The notes below the pieces were generated by a model. It made no database searches. It saw nothing but the letters and a program-made list of their open reading frames with translations, and was not told the origin of the DNA. Shown piece after piece: positions 50,776 to 61,435 of a stretch of DNA of 64,000 bases. The stretch's first letter is position 1. Each line of letters opens with the position of its first letter. Source of the stretch: Pelagomonas calceolata (Eukaryota); NCBI GenBank assembly GCA_918797485.1, contig CAKKNE010000001.1:4030001-4094000 (forward strand), read 5' to 3'. The position numbers and the translations under genes are program-made.

Positions 50776-52234
50776 ATGTCGCCACTTTGTTTCATCCTGG
50801 CCGCGCTTGTCTGCGCGGCCCCGGAGGGACGGGATACGCGGCCTCGGGCACGGACGCCCCCGGGCCCGTCGACGTACTGCGGCCAGGGATACAGGTGCCG
50901 CGGCAGCGGCCGCGAGATGCGGTGCCACCCGGACGTCGCGTGCGACGACAGGGAATTAAGAAGTGGTCCGTGCGCGGTAGCGACCGCGTGCCTCGAAAAG
51001 TGCGTCGCGGACCCGGGGGGCGAGGCCTGCGACATGCCCTGCCACGGATCGCCGCTGCGCTCGCGCGCGACCGGCGCCGCCCCGCCGCCGGACCTGAAGG
51101 TTGCGTATTTTTTGAATCATCGCAAGGTGGCGGGGACGAGCATGCTCGCCGCGCTCAAGCGAGTCGCGGGGCGCGTCGGCGTCGACGGGGGCTCGCTGCT
51201 CGTCGCCAAGGAGGATCTCCGGCCCTTCAACCCGAATTTGTTCTGCAAACCGGAGACCAGCGCGGGCGTGCTCTACGTCACGGTACTTCGGCACCCGCTG
51301 CACCGGCTCGTGAGTTTGTACCACTCCGAGAACAACTTCGGGGACCGGAACCCGGCCGCGAACCGCAACGCAACGGCCTGGGGCGCCTTCCTCGACGGCT
51401 CGTGCACGCGGCACAGGTGCGCGGCGCCGAACTACTACACGCGGCGCTTGCTCGGCTTCGCCCGCGTGACGAAGGCGCCCGCGGACTGCAAACCGCGCGG
51501 GTTGAAGGGGCGGAACTCCGAACAATGCGACGTCGCGGCGCCGGGGACCTGCGCCGAGCCGACGTTCCACCCCCGGTGGCTCCACGACGTCGACCAGGCC
51601 GCGGCGCGGCAGATCGATTGCTGCAACGCCTTCGCGGAGGGCAAGACGCGCCGCGGTCGCCACCTGTGTGGAAATCAAAATTTTACGGCGTGTTCGTGCA
51701 GAATCGTCTCGTCGCCCTCCACGCCATCGACGCGACGCCTGCTCGATGGCGTGGCGATGCCGGTTCCTCACCGATCGACCGAGCCAACACGGCTGCGTCA
51801 TCGTCGAGAAATGACTTCGTGAAGAATTATCGGGTGCACCCGACGCACTGGTTGATTTCCACACAGGTCGCATCGGGTTCGCGTTCTCGTGCGACTGCGG
51901 GCGAGGCGCGGGCCGAGTGCTGAGCGACTTGACGAGCGACGTGGGTATCGCCGTCTCGTCGAGCGAGGTGGCCTTCCAGGTCGCGAAGCGTGTCCTCGAT
52001 GCGTTCGACTTCGCCGTGGCGCTGGAGCGCATGGACGAGCGCGCGGCGCAGAAACTCTCCCAACTCCTCGGCACGACCGTGACGTTCCCACACCACCGCA
52101 CAAGGGCCGGAGGCAGCGGCGGCTTCAACAGACTCGCCGCGGCCATGCCGACCAGCATCCGCGATCGCATCCTGCGGCAACACGACGTGGACGTGCGCCT
52201 CCACGCCTGGCTCGCGGCGCGCCCCCTCCCTTAA
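50776..52234 (+). CDS. Sulfotransferase-like secreted/Golgi protein; 2 exons (50776-51655, 51867-52234)
   Basis: 5'-PSB-like HRKVAGTS and 3'-PB-like LRHPLHRLVSLY; signal peptide. Confidence 0.78.
51656..51866 (+). mobile_element. Introner (211-nt GT-AG intron)
   Basis: Perfect TIRs spanning 51664-51866; TSD GTCGCCAC / GTCGCATC (2 mismatches). Confidence 0.93.
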
Positions 52235-52252
52235 GATTCCTAATTTAAGGTA

Positions 52253-54046
52253 CTATCTCTCCTTCTTCGCCAGCTCCACATCCAAATCCAGCGGCGCCGG
52301 CCGCCGCGGCGCGAAGAGCAGGTAGGCCAGCGCGCCCGCGTGCACGGGCACGTACGCGACGCCGGCGTAGAGGAGCTTGCGGTCCGGCAGGCCCAGCGCG
52401 ACGGCGTCGCGGCTCAAGAGGGAGACGGCCGCGCCCCACGAGCCAACAGTCAAAAACGCAATGAAAGGAGGCGACAGCGCCAGCCAGAGAAAGAAGGAAA
52501 GCGCGACATACAAAAAGCCGTCGGCGCGCGGCCGCAGCGTCGCCAGGACCAGCGTAAGAGGCGCGCCGACCCACAGCAAGACGCATGGCTGCGAGAGGAC
52601 GAGGGGCGTATGCGCGTAGCCCGCCGCGAGGAGTAGCGTCGCTCTAGCTAATCGACGGTCGGAATTTAGTCGTGATACGACAATCACCGCCGCGGCGTAG
52701 GCCAGGCCCACCAAAAGACCGACGAGGTGCGGTGCGCGGAAACACGCGTAGACTGACCCCATACCAAACGCCATCGGCGCCAGCACGTACCAAAAATGCC
52801 GCACGATCGTGTGGGGGATGTCCCTTTGTAGCACAATAGCGTCGAAGGCGTACTCACTAAGTTCTTTGGCGGCCTCGACGCCGAGCGGCAACGCCGTGAG
52901 CATCAGTGGAAACGCCACCTCGTCGAAGGACACGAATTTTGTAGAGTCCATCAACAGATACTGGGAGGCGCCGTGGTGGAGCTCGTGCTCAACGATGTTC
53001 ATTGACCTTATTATGAGTTCGACGCCCGTGCCGACTCTACTCTCATCGAAGGTCTGCCTCGCGTTCGGTAGCGCTTGGGTCGGCTCGAGCGTGACGGCGT
53101 CGATGCCCCGCCGCAAAAAGTGGGCGTGCGGCCCCGACGCGCCGCCCGCCAATCGTTTCGCCCACGTCATTAACGCCCTGGACCGCTCCGAATACGTCGA
53201 GCGGGGCCGCGGCGGCGCCCTAGATTCAAAGCCGCTCTCTGTATGTACGAGTTGGGGGAAGGCCGTCGCCGCGAGGTGGAAAAAGTCCAGGTTCGGCAGT
53301 TCGCCGTCGAAGCCGTGCGCTTTTAGCGTCAAGGCGCCGTACGGCTCCGCCTCGGGCAGGTTTATCAGGACGGCGCCCCGTAATAATCCGCCCCGCTCAA
53401 ACAACAAATCCTCGTCGTCGCCGTTATGGTAGGCCCCGACCCACCGTTGCGGATCGTCCGACGCCACGACCACGATGTTTTTGCCGAGCCACGGCGCGTC
53501 CCTCAGAAACCGCGCCAGCGCCAGCACAATTGGAATAGCGCGTTTATTGGCGGCCACGACCGCGATGGCCTCGACGGCGGCCCAGCCCGACGCCGGGCGC
53601 ACGACGCCCCACGACGCGTTGTACCGTTCCTGGCAGGCAATGTCCAAAGCCATCAGCTCGTCGCAGAACGAGCCGTGGCGCTTCCGGAGGTAGTCGCGGA
53701 ACCCCTCAGAGGTGTGGAGCGTCGCGCGCGCGGCCATGGGCGACAGCGTCGTTTCGTCGAAGTACGTGCCTCTCATTTTGAGTTCTCCTGTCACAATACT
53801 AACGACGGGAAAGCAAAACATCCACGCCACGCCCAACGTAAAGGCTACGATGGACACCATGCGCGACGACACGCGCCTTGCGACGTATCGTTTGAGCTTC
53901 TCTTTCCGCGTGAGGTCCGCGTCCTCGGCGGCGGCGCGCGCGGCGGCGGCGGCGCGCGCGGCGTCGAGGACTGCTGCCACGGCTTCCTCCGTCGTCTCGT
54001 CATCGCTTTCGTCCTGGCGTGTGGCCCGGCGCCGCGTCGTGGGCAT
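52253..54046 (-). CDS. GAA1: GPI transamidase component Gaa1/GPAA1
   Basis: TYFDE..L, WLGKNI, G.DG.LPNLD, H..F....IDAVTL, RS.N...E.ELHH...YL, multi-TM C-terminus. Confidence 0.88.
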   Translation of the reverse strand: MPTTRRRATRQDESDDETTEEAVAAVLDAARAAAAARAAAEDADLTRKEKLKRYVARRVSSRMVSIVAFTLGVAWMFCFPVVSIVTGELKMRGTYFDETTLSPMAARATLHTSEGFRDYLRKRHGSFCDELMALDIACQERYNASWGVVRPASGWAAVEAIAVVAANKRAIPIVLALARFLRDAPWLGKNIVVVASDDPQRWVGAYHNGDDEDLLFERGGLLRGAVLINLPEAEPYGALTLKAHGFDGELPNLDFFHLAATAFPQLVHTESGFESRAPPRPRSTYSERSRALMTWAKRLAGGASGPHAHFLRRGIDAVTLEPTQALPNARQTFDESRVGTGVELIIRSMNIVEHELHHGASQYLLMDSTKFVSFDEVAFPLMLTALPLGVEAAKELSEYAFDAIVLQRDIPHTIVRHFWYVLAPMAFGMGSVYACFRAPHLVGLLVGLAYAAAVIVVSRLNSDRRLARATLLLAAGYAHTPLVLSQPCVLLWVGAPLTLVLATLRPRADGFLYVALSFFLWLALSPPFIAFLTVGSWGAAVSLLSRDAVALGLPDRKLLYAGVAYVPVHAGALAYLLFAPRRPAPLDLDVELAKKER

Positions 54047-54449
54047 TTGTATTTGCAGCGCGTCCACTGCTGCGCGGCCGTGAGCTGTGCCACAATGTCT
54101 GCTAAATGAGCAGGGATGAGCTCTTTGGTTAACAAGCTGCAGCGCTGCGTTGCAAAATCGATTGCGATACGTCGACAGCGATGGAACGTCCACCGCACAC
54201 TGCGATGAGTGGTGCGATCGATTGCGATGCGCGTGCCGCGCGCCGGTACCGCGGTCAAGCATCGATTGCGCGGGTTTCGTGGCTCCCGCAGCTTTCGTGC
54301 CGCGGCAGAGGACTACTACCGCGGACTAATCGGCGTCTTCGGTACGTTTCATTCAAACGCTAGTGGGCCGCTCTCCCTACAACGCGGGGCATTTCCTGAA
54401 AGGGGCAGCGAGAGGCGGGATATAGCGCCCCCGGGGCAGCCCGGCGACG

Positions 54450-56159
54450 ATGGCCGCCCTCCCGGCCCTGACCCAGACCATGACCATCGACCAGCCGAGG
54501 CCACCGCCGCCGGCGTTCCAAGGCAGCGGCCGCAACCAGGGCATCGAGCGGGACCGCCTCCTGAAGCCCGAGGACGTGCCCCACGACCTCATGTGTTCTA
54601 TTTGTCTGGGCGTCGTCGCCGACCAATCCTCAGAAACGCCCTGCGGCCATTTATTTTGCACGGAGTGCATCCGGAGCTCACTACGAAGGAACCCGCAGTG
54701 CCCGCTCGACAAGAAACCGTTGCAGGTGGGCCAGCTGCGATCGATCAGAGAGCACAACCTGCCCATCCGACGCATCTGGGGCGGCATCAAGGTGAAGTGT
54801 CGCTTCGCGGAGCACGGCGAATGCCCTTGGACGGGAGCGCTCTGTGATGCTTCTGCCCATGAAGCTAGGTGTAATGCCCGACACGGCAACCCCAAGGATT
54901 TGAGAATAAGGGAACTCGAAAATGTTTTACGGAAGAACGAAAACTCGTTGCGCGAAGCGGAAGAGCTCAACCAGCACAAGTCAAAACGGATCCAGCAGTT
55001 CGAGGAGGAGCAACGGCGAAGGGAGCACGACTTCGACTTTGAGTTGCAGCGACGGGACGCCGAGGCGCGCCAGAAGATTTCAGAGGTGGAACAGCAAGCT
55101 CAGTCGGAAGCCAATCGGGCGAACAAAGCCGAGCAAAGAGCCCTGCAGGCGGAGGCCGATGCTGGTAGAAGTAGGGAAGCCATCCAGCAGATGCAGAAGG
55201 AGCATAGCGAGGTGGTCCAAGATAGAGAAAGACGCTTAGAAAGTGCAGCGAGGCACGCGGGCGACGCGGAACGACGGGCGGAAGCGGCCGCGGTCGAGAT
55301 CCGGAAGGTGCGGGACGAGGGGAACAAGCGATCGAGGGAGCTCGAAAGCGCGGCGGAGAACAACGCGCGGGCGGCTGCTGCCAATGAACAGAGAGCCAGA
55401 GCCGCGGAATACGAGCTGGAGCGAGTCGCGCGCCACCGCCAGGAGTTCGAAGCGTCGTACCGAGCCCAGGCCGAAGATCTGCAACGTGAAAGAAATGCGG
55501 CGACGATGGAGCGCGACCGAGCTGTGAGAGATCAAAGACAACAAGAACAGGCCGCCTACGCCGCTAGAGGGCAATTAGCTGATGTCGAGGAGCGCTTAGG
55601 TGCTTCGGAATCCTCGAGAAGGGACTTGGGCCTGCGCCTGGACGCTTGTCAGAGGGAGTTGTATCAAGCTAGAGAGGCCGCGAAGCGAGCAGAAGAACAA
55701 TTGCATGGCGCCGAGCGCCACTTCCACAAGCAGTTAGCTGGTGCCAGGGCGCGGAACGTGACGCCGCCGAACGGCGCGCGGACCGATAGCGAGTTCGACG
55801 GGCGCTACAATTATGATAGGTACAACGTCGTGCGCCTGTCGCAGCTCATCACGCGGTCGCTCGAGAACCGCCCGACGGAGGTCTCTCCCAACCGCATCTT
55901 CACGTGCGTCGCCTCGTGCTACGACGACTTCAAGCGGGGCTGGACGGACAACCCGCAGAACTACGCGATCGACGTGCGCATGCTCCTCACCGTCGCGTCG
56001 GCGTCGACGTGGTTCAACGACCAGCAGAACCGCCTGATCGACGGGTGGCTGCGCGAGCAGGGCTGGCTCGGGCACAACCACCGGCTGGCGCAGCAGCCGC
56101 CGTCGCAACTGCCCCCGGCCCAGTTCGGGGCGGCCTACCCGCCCCCGCTCGTCCGGTGA
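54450..56159 (+). CDS. RING finger + TRAF-type zinc knuckle + coiled-coil protein (putative E3 ligase)
   Basis: CSICLGV...PCGHLFCTECI......CPLD; VKC......CPW.G......HE..C. Confidence 0.85.
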   Translation: MAALPALTQTMTIDQPRPPPPAFQGSGRNQGIERDRLLKPEDVPHDLMCSICLGVVADQSSETPCGHLFCTECIRSSLRRNPQCPLDKKPLQVGQLRSIREHNLPIRRIWGGIKVKCRFAEHGECPWTGALCDASAHEARCNARHGNPKDLRIRELENVLRKNENSLREAEELNQHKSKRIQQFEEEQRRREHDFDFELQRRDAEARQKISEVEQQAQSEANRANKAEQRALQAEADAGRSREAIQQMQKEHSEVVQDRERRLESAARHAGDAERRAEAAAVEIRKVRDEGNKRSRELESAAENNARAAAANEQRARAAEYELERVARHRQEFEASYRAQAEDLQRERNAATMERDRAVRDQRQQEQAAYAARGQLADVEERLGASESSRRDLGLRLDACQRELYQAREAAKRAEEQLHGAERHFHKQLAGARARNVTPPNGARTDSEFDGRYNYDRYNVVRLSQLITRSLENRPTEVSPNRIFTCVASCYDDFKRGWTDNPQNYAIDVRMLLTVASASTWFNDQQNRLIDGWLREQGWLGHNHRLAQQPPSQLPPAQFGAAYPPPLVR

Positions 56160-56201
56160 GCTATCCCTGTTACCCGCCGTGTAAATAGAAGAAGAATCGA
56201 A

Positions 56202-57164
56202 CTACTTAGAGAAGAGCCAGCTCCCGACGTCCCCCGCCTCCTCGGCCGCGACCTCGACGGCGGGCGCTTCGTCAGCAGGCGCAGCGGGCGCCGGCGCGGC
56301 GACGTCGCCCACCGCCAATTTCCGCAGCGCGCGCTGCTCGCCGACGACCTTCGAGAGTGATGCGGCCCGCGCCCGCGCGTCCGACGCCGCCGCGGGCGAC
56401 GCGTCCACCCGCACCTTCGGGTCCGCCAAAGCAGAAGCCCAGTCGAACGCGCGCACCGCGTCGACGTCGTCGGGCGCCGGCAGCGCCGCGAGCGCCGCGG
56501 CGCAGCAGTCCGCGTCGCTTTTTGCCGCCGCGTGCGCGTCGCGCGACTGTTGCGCGGCGGCTTCGAGGGCGTCCGCGAGGCCGGCATCGGCCTCGACGAT
56601 GTCTGCCTTGGCGTCCGCGAGCCGGCGCAGGGACTCCTGTAACTCTGGTTCAGGGGTCAGCTTGGCCACCTCCCCCAGCGACGCGGCCAGCTCCTTCTCC
56701 GTGGCGACGCGCGTGCGCTTCGCCGCGGCGACCTCGGCGTAGGTCGTCTCGGAGGCCTTGACTTCCGCCGCACGAGTTGTGCACGCCTCGGCTTCCTGGG
56801 CCAATGCTTGCCGCGCGAGGTCGGCGGCTCGCGCCAACGCCGCGTCGGCCTCGGCTCGCAATCTTTCGGCTGCGGCGAGCTTTTGGGCTGAGGACTGCGC
56901 CATCGTACTCCGCGCGGCCGCGGACGCCTCCTCGGCGACGAGCGCCGCCTCTAACGAGGTCATCAGCGTCTCGTCTTCGGTCTCCGCTGGCGGTGCCACT
57001 GGTGGGGCCTCGACTGGTGGCGCTGCATGGGCTGCCTCGCTCTCGGGCTCTGCTGGCACTGCACTGCTCTCAGAGTGGCATACCACTCGAGCTGTTCGCG
57101 GCAGCGTTGGTACGAAAGCTTGCGTGAGTCGAAGGGCGAGGAGGAGTAAGCATTTGCGATGCAT
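56202..57164 (-). CDS. Putative plastid-targeted Ala-rich coiled-coil protein
   Basis: LTQA-FVP presequence; clean ORF. Confidence 0.7.
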   Translation of the reverse strand: MHRKCLLLLALRLTQAFVPTLPRTARVVCHSESSAVPAEPESEAAHAAPPVEAPPVAPPAETEDETLMTSLEAALVAEEASAAARSTMAQSSAQKLAAAERLRAEADAALARAADLARQALAQEAEACTTRAAEVKASETTYAEVAAAKRTRVATEKELAASLGEVAKLTPEPELQESLRRLADAKADIVEADAGLADALEAAAQQSRDAHAAAKSDADCCAAALAALPAPDDVDAVRAFDWASALADPKVRVDASPAAASDARARAASLSKVVGEQRALRKLAVGDVAAPAPAAPADEAPAVEVAAEEAGDVGSWLFSK

Positions 57165-57635
57165 GTTTGAATGCCGTCCACTTCGATTAACGCGAGTCTG
57201 GGCACTGCAATCGTCATGCGTAATTGAGCTTGCGCTAGTGTCTTTACCGGCCGCTAGCTACGACCCTGCCTAGAACGATCACGTATAGATGGGTGGAAGG
57301 ACCAGACGACTGAGGGCGTCTTCGCAGAAGCCCTCGGCTGGAACGCTGACTGGCGCAGCAACACGTGGCTCGAGGCCGGCCGGCCGCTCTAGGAAGCTAA
57401 AACTGCACAACCGATGGTTAGTACACGGAACTCGAACGGTTCCCACCAGGGGGCCCGGGGCCTTCGCGCCCGATTCACGCCTCAAGAAGAGAGACGGAGC
57501 ACGGGGCGGGATCGACGGGGTGGTGGGGAGACGAAGCGAGGGGGATGATGTTGTGGGAGGGGGTGTCCGCGTTCACGCCGGCCGGCGGGGCACGCGGAGA
57601 AGTCTTGTTGTTGAGAGAGGTTTCAGGAATCCGTT

Positions 57636-59657
57636 TCACGCGAAGCCGCGGGCCAGGGACTCCATGGGGTCGTAGGCCCCGAAGGTCGGCGCGTCGGCTC
57701 TGAGGTCCGACGCCAGCGCGTTCGACTGCACCTCGCGCGCCTCCAGAGGGTTCAGGCGCACGCCGCCGTCCAGCGAGCCGGCGCGATCCCTGGTCGCCGT
57801 GTTCGACACGACGATGCACGACACCGAGCCCCCGCCCGAAAAGAGCTCGGCGCCGTGCGTCTGGAAGGCCGCGGCCACCGCCGCGCTTCGCGTCGCGAAG
57901 TCGACGTAGCCGTAGGGCGCGACGCGGTCGAAGACGACGCGCGCGCCGACGACGCTCGACCCGTAGCGCGCGAAGGCCTCGGCCAGCAGGTCGTCGCCGC
58001 AGTTCGGCGGCACGGGCATGACCTTGACTCTAGCAGCAGCGGTAACGAGAGAGGGCGGCGGGTGCGGCGCCACGACGGGCAGCGACGGGAGCCGCGAGGC
58101 TTCCGGCGACGAGTAGGAGGAGTCGAAGCCCGGCGGCTGGAAGGGCTGGCGCTGGGGCGGCGGCGGCGGCGGGTCCGGCGACGCCCAGACGGAAGCCGGC
58201 GGCGCGACGTGCGGCGTGATCGGCGGCTGCACGGGTTGCGGCGCGGGCGCGACCGGCGGGGGCGGCGGTTGCGTCGCGGCCGCCGCGGCCGCGGCGGCGG
58301 CCTTCTGGGCCGACTTTTCTCTAGCTCGAGCCCTTCGCGAAGGCTTCTTCTCCTCGGTAGCTTTCGGTACTTCTTTGGGTACCTTCTTCGGCTTGAGCGG
58401 GCCTCCTCTTTTAGAACCAGACGCGTCGCGCGCGGACTTCGGCCGAGCGGCAGGTCTAGAGGGCTTGCCGCCTCGTAAAGGTAAATCAGGCATCTCGGCT
58501 TCACTGGACGACGCGTCCGACGCCGTCGCGCTCGGCGAGGGCGACCGCGTCGTCGTGGGCACGCTACTACCGTTCGGCTTCGCGCGCGGGCTTCTCCCGC
58601 GCGGCGTCCGCCCGGTCCTTTTTAGTCTAGCTTTTCTTTCCCTATCGTCTTCCGCTAGGAGTCGCGCCACGGCATCGTCGGCCTGCCGGTCGGCTTGCGG
58701 ACGTCGCGATCGATTCGCCAACGAGCACGCCCGTCGTAGTGCTGCTGACAGCGCGCAGAGCACGCCAAAGACCAGTAAGAAGAAGACGACGTCGATCCAC
58801 AGCTCCACAGAATCGTCGTCGGCCTCGAAGAGCCCGCCCGCACCTAGCCTTTCGAGGAGCATCGTCGCCTCTTCTGGCAAAGCTTCGCCGTAGGGCCTCG
58901 CGGCCGCCATCTCCGCTACCGCCGCTCTTCGCTCTTCCGTCGATAACAGCGCATATCGCAACGCACCTAATTCGACAGCGGCCGTCTCGTAGAAGTCCCC
59001 GAAGTACTCCTCGAGCGACGAGACGAGGCTTTCGCGCGCTTCGGGGGCTAGTGCTCGACACAGCGCGACGACCTCCGGGTCGTCGAACGGCGCCGCGCCG
59101 TGTTCTATCACCAGCAGTACAATCGCTAATGCTGTCGCCTTCTCGACGCCCGCGGCCGCCGCCGCCGCGGCCCGAAAGGCCCCGAACGCGTCGACGTCGC
59201 CGTAGTCCTCGTAGTCGCCGCTACACGACTCGTCGTCGCCGCCGCCGCCGCCGAGCACGAATTCTCTAGCAACAGCTAACGCCGCATCATCAAACGAGTC
59301 GCCGGGGCAGGAACCATCTCCCTCGTCGCCGTACGTGACCAAATCGGCGAAGCGCTCTACCAATGGTAAAGCGGCGGCGTCGTCCGCCCCGACCGGTAGT
59401 ACAGTGGCCAGAGCCACGGCCGTGCTGAGGTGCGGCGCCGCGCGCGTCTGCGTCGTCCTTAAGGCGAGGGCAAGAGCAGACGTGTGCCCCACGCTCGGGA
59501 CGCGCGCCGCGCGCGACCGCGTCGCGAGCGTGACGATGGTGGAGAGGATGGCCGCGGGCCTCGAAATCTGCGCGTGGCCCCGCGGGGCCGCGAGCGGCGA
59601 CACGCACCTCGCCGCCAAAAGCAGGAACAGGCTCATCAGTCGCGGTGGGCCCGCCAT
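57636..59657 (-). CDS. Single-TM protein with C-terminal RRM
   Basis: Hydrophobic N-terminus, TM WIDVVFFLLVFGVL, RNP1-like PYGYVDF; start uncertain. Confidence 0.65.
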   Translation of the reverse strand: MAGPPRLMSLFLLLAARCVSPLAAPRGHAQISRPAAILSTIVTLATRSRAARVPSVGHTSALALALRTTQTRAAPHLSTAVALATVLPVGADDAAALPLVERFADLVTYGDEGDGSCPGDSFDDAALAVAREFVLGGGGGDDESCSGDYEDYGDVDAFGAFRAAAAAAAGVEKATALAIVLLVIEHGAAPFDDPEVVALCRALAPEARESLVSSLEEYFGDFYETAAVELGALRYALLSTEERRAAVAEMAAARPYGEALPEEATMLLERLGAGGLFEADDDSVELWIDVVFFLLVFGVLCALSAALRRACSLANRSRRPQADRQADDAVARLLAEDDRERKARLKRTGRTPRGRSPRAKPNGSSVPTTTRSPSPSATASDASSSEAEMPDLPLRGGKPSRPAARPKSARDASGSKRGGPLKPKKVPKEVPKATEEKKPSRRARAREKSAQKAAAAAAAAATQPPPPPVAPAPQPVQPPITPHVAPPASVWASPDPPPPPPQRQPFQPPGFDSSYSSPEASRLPSLPVVAPHPPPSLVTAAARVKVMPVPPNCGDDLLAEAFARYGSSVVGARVVFDRVAPYGYVDFATRSAAVAAAFQTHGAELFSGGGSVSCIVVSNTATRDRAGSLDGGVRLNPLEAREVQSNALASDLRADAPTFGAYDPMESLARGFA

Positions 59658-60070
59658 CCTGCCTCGGGCGGTGCACCCAGCTCTGCGCCCGTTCCGAGGC
59701 TTCGCCCAGACCAGCCCAGGGCCGCCCTCGCCGGGGCACGCGCCGCAAACAGGCGCGAGTTGTGGCCGCGCGCTGCTGGTGAATAGACAAACTAGAGTGC
59801 TTGCGGCCGCTTGTTTGGCTTCTCGGAGACCCGTCGGACCAGTACAGGCGTCCTCTTCAGGCATTTAAAAAATTTAAAACACCTGGCTCTCCGCCAAGCC
59901 TCTGCCTGGTCGCATGCCCACCCAGCCATCGTGCCGCCGCAAGTGATCAGCACTGTCTGTCAGCAGCTCATACGCACGCCGAGAGTCGCTCTTCAGGTTT
60001 GAACAGCGATTCGTGCAAGTTTTCCTGCAGCACACCACACCTTGCAAGCACTACAGCTGGAGAGGCGTCA

Positions 60071-61432
60071 ATGGACGAGATCCTGAACACCATCATGGGC
60101 AGGATGCCCCGTGTTGACAACCCCTTCGCGTCGCGCCGGTGGAAGCAATTTTCGGTGGCGGACTGGAACGCAAACGAGATGGAGCGCGCTGGCTTGGTTG
60201 AGTGGAAGGAGTGGAAGGACAGGGGCAACGCCCTGTACAAGGAGAAGGATTATGCGGGGGCGCGCGCGATGTACGGCAAGGCCTGCATGCTGGCGTTAGA
60301 CCCCTTCCGGAACGGCGGCGTCAACGCGTTCTTCGACGCGCTCCACGAGGCGCCCGCGCACACGGCGCGGCGGCAGTTCTTCGACATCGAGCCGCTCGTG
60401 GGCCAGGTCCTCAAGTACTTGCCGCATGCGTACTCTCGGAAATCCGCACTTGACGGCAAGACCTACGCCGCGCCGAACAACAATGCCGCGGTCTGCTCAG
60501 CGAACCTCTCAGCGGCCTGGCTCTTGGACGGCGAGCCGAATAAGGCGCTCAGGGCGGCGAAGAAGGCGACGAAGGCGGATCCCGGCTACCTCAAGGCGCA
60601 CCGGCGCGAGCTCAATGCGCTCCAGGCGCTGCATCGCCGCCAGGCCGTGGCGCTCCGGGAGCTGAAGAGCAGACCGGTAGCGCCACCCCGCCAGGCGAAC
60701 CTCGACGCCGGAGCGAAGCTGCTCGCGCGATACGCCAAGGCCATCCAGGAGAAGCGGGATGAGCTCGCGGACTACGAGCAGGCCCGCGCCGCGTACCCCG
60801 CCGAGGCCTTGGCGCTGTTGACGGCCGGCTGGGTCGACTACGAGCGGGCGGCGTGCATCTACGGCCCCATCAGGTTCATGGCGTGCCTTGAAGCATTAAC
60901 TGGTCCGGACGGGCCCCTGGCGGCGTGGAAAAGGTGCGAAGCACGGGCGTCGCTCGTGCCGTTTCAGGGCGGCCAGGTATTGATGCTGTCGTTGTGTTAC
61001 ACGGTGGTGAACGGCATGGACAACGTGATAAACTGTCTGGACTGGATAATGGTCGACGAGTCGAACGGCGATCTGGCGGACAAGCCGCCGCAGGGCGTCG
61101 CGTCGGAGAAGTCGCTGCAGTACGCCCCGATGCGGATAAATATGTATGTGGAGGAACTGACAGAGAGAGGTCTGGAGGTGGTCTCAGTAATGTTGGGACA
61201 GGGTCTGACGGACCAGGTGAACCTGATCGATAAAACCTTGAGGGAAGGAAGTCCAATTATGGAGGTGAAGACGTTCGACGATATACTAGTATATCACGCC
61301 GCGTCGACGGCTGCTTCCGAGGACAACAACGTGCCCATGAACCCGGACCCGCGGTCCTTCGACGCGCTCATGCGGCGCCGGCCGCCCAGGCCGCTCGACT
61401 TAGCCTCGGACGCTCGAACAGGACTAGACTAA
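60071..61432 (+). CDS. TPR-domain protein
   Basis: KDRGNALYKEKDY..A...Y..A; NLSAA.L.......AL..A..A...DP.Y.KA..R. Confidence 0.78.
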   Translation: MDEILNTIMGRMPRVDNPFASRRWKQFSVADWNANEMERAGLVEWKEWKDRGNALYKEKDYAGARAMYGKACMLALDPFRNGGVNAFFDALHEAPAHTARRQFFDIEPLVGQVLKYLPHAYSRKSALDGKTYAAPNNNAAVCSANLSAAWLLDGEPNKALRAAKKATKADPGYLKAHRRELNALQALHRRQAVALRELKSRPVAPPRQANLDAGAKLLARYAKAIQEKRDELADYEQARAAYPAEALALLTAGWVDYERAACIYGPIRFMACLEALTGPDGPLAAWKRCEARASLVPFQGGQVLMLSLCYTVVNGMDNVINCLDWIMVDESNGDLADKPPQGVASEKSLQYAPMRINMYVEELTERGLEVVSVMLGQGLTDQVNLIDKTLREGSPIMEVKTFDDILVYHAASTAASEDNNVPMNPDPRSFDALMRRRPPRPLDLASDARTGLD

Positions 61433-61435
61433 CAA

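Noticed and set aside
11883..51866. Recurrent peptides MWKSTSASGAPDNSSLSHFS / CVEINQCVGC as a possible repeated protein domain
   Set aside because: They are translations of the introner DNA in various frames.
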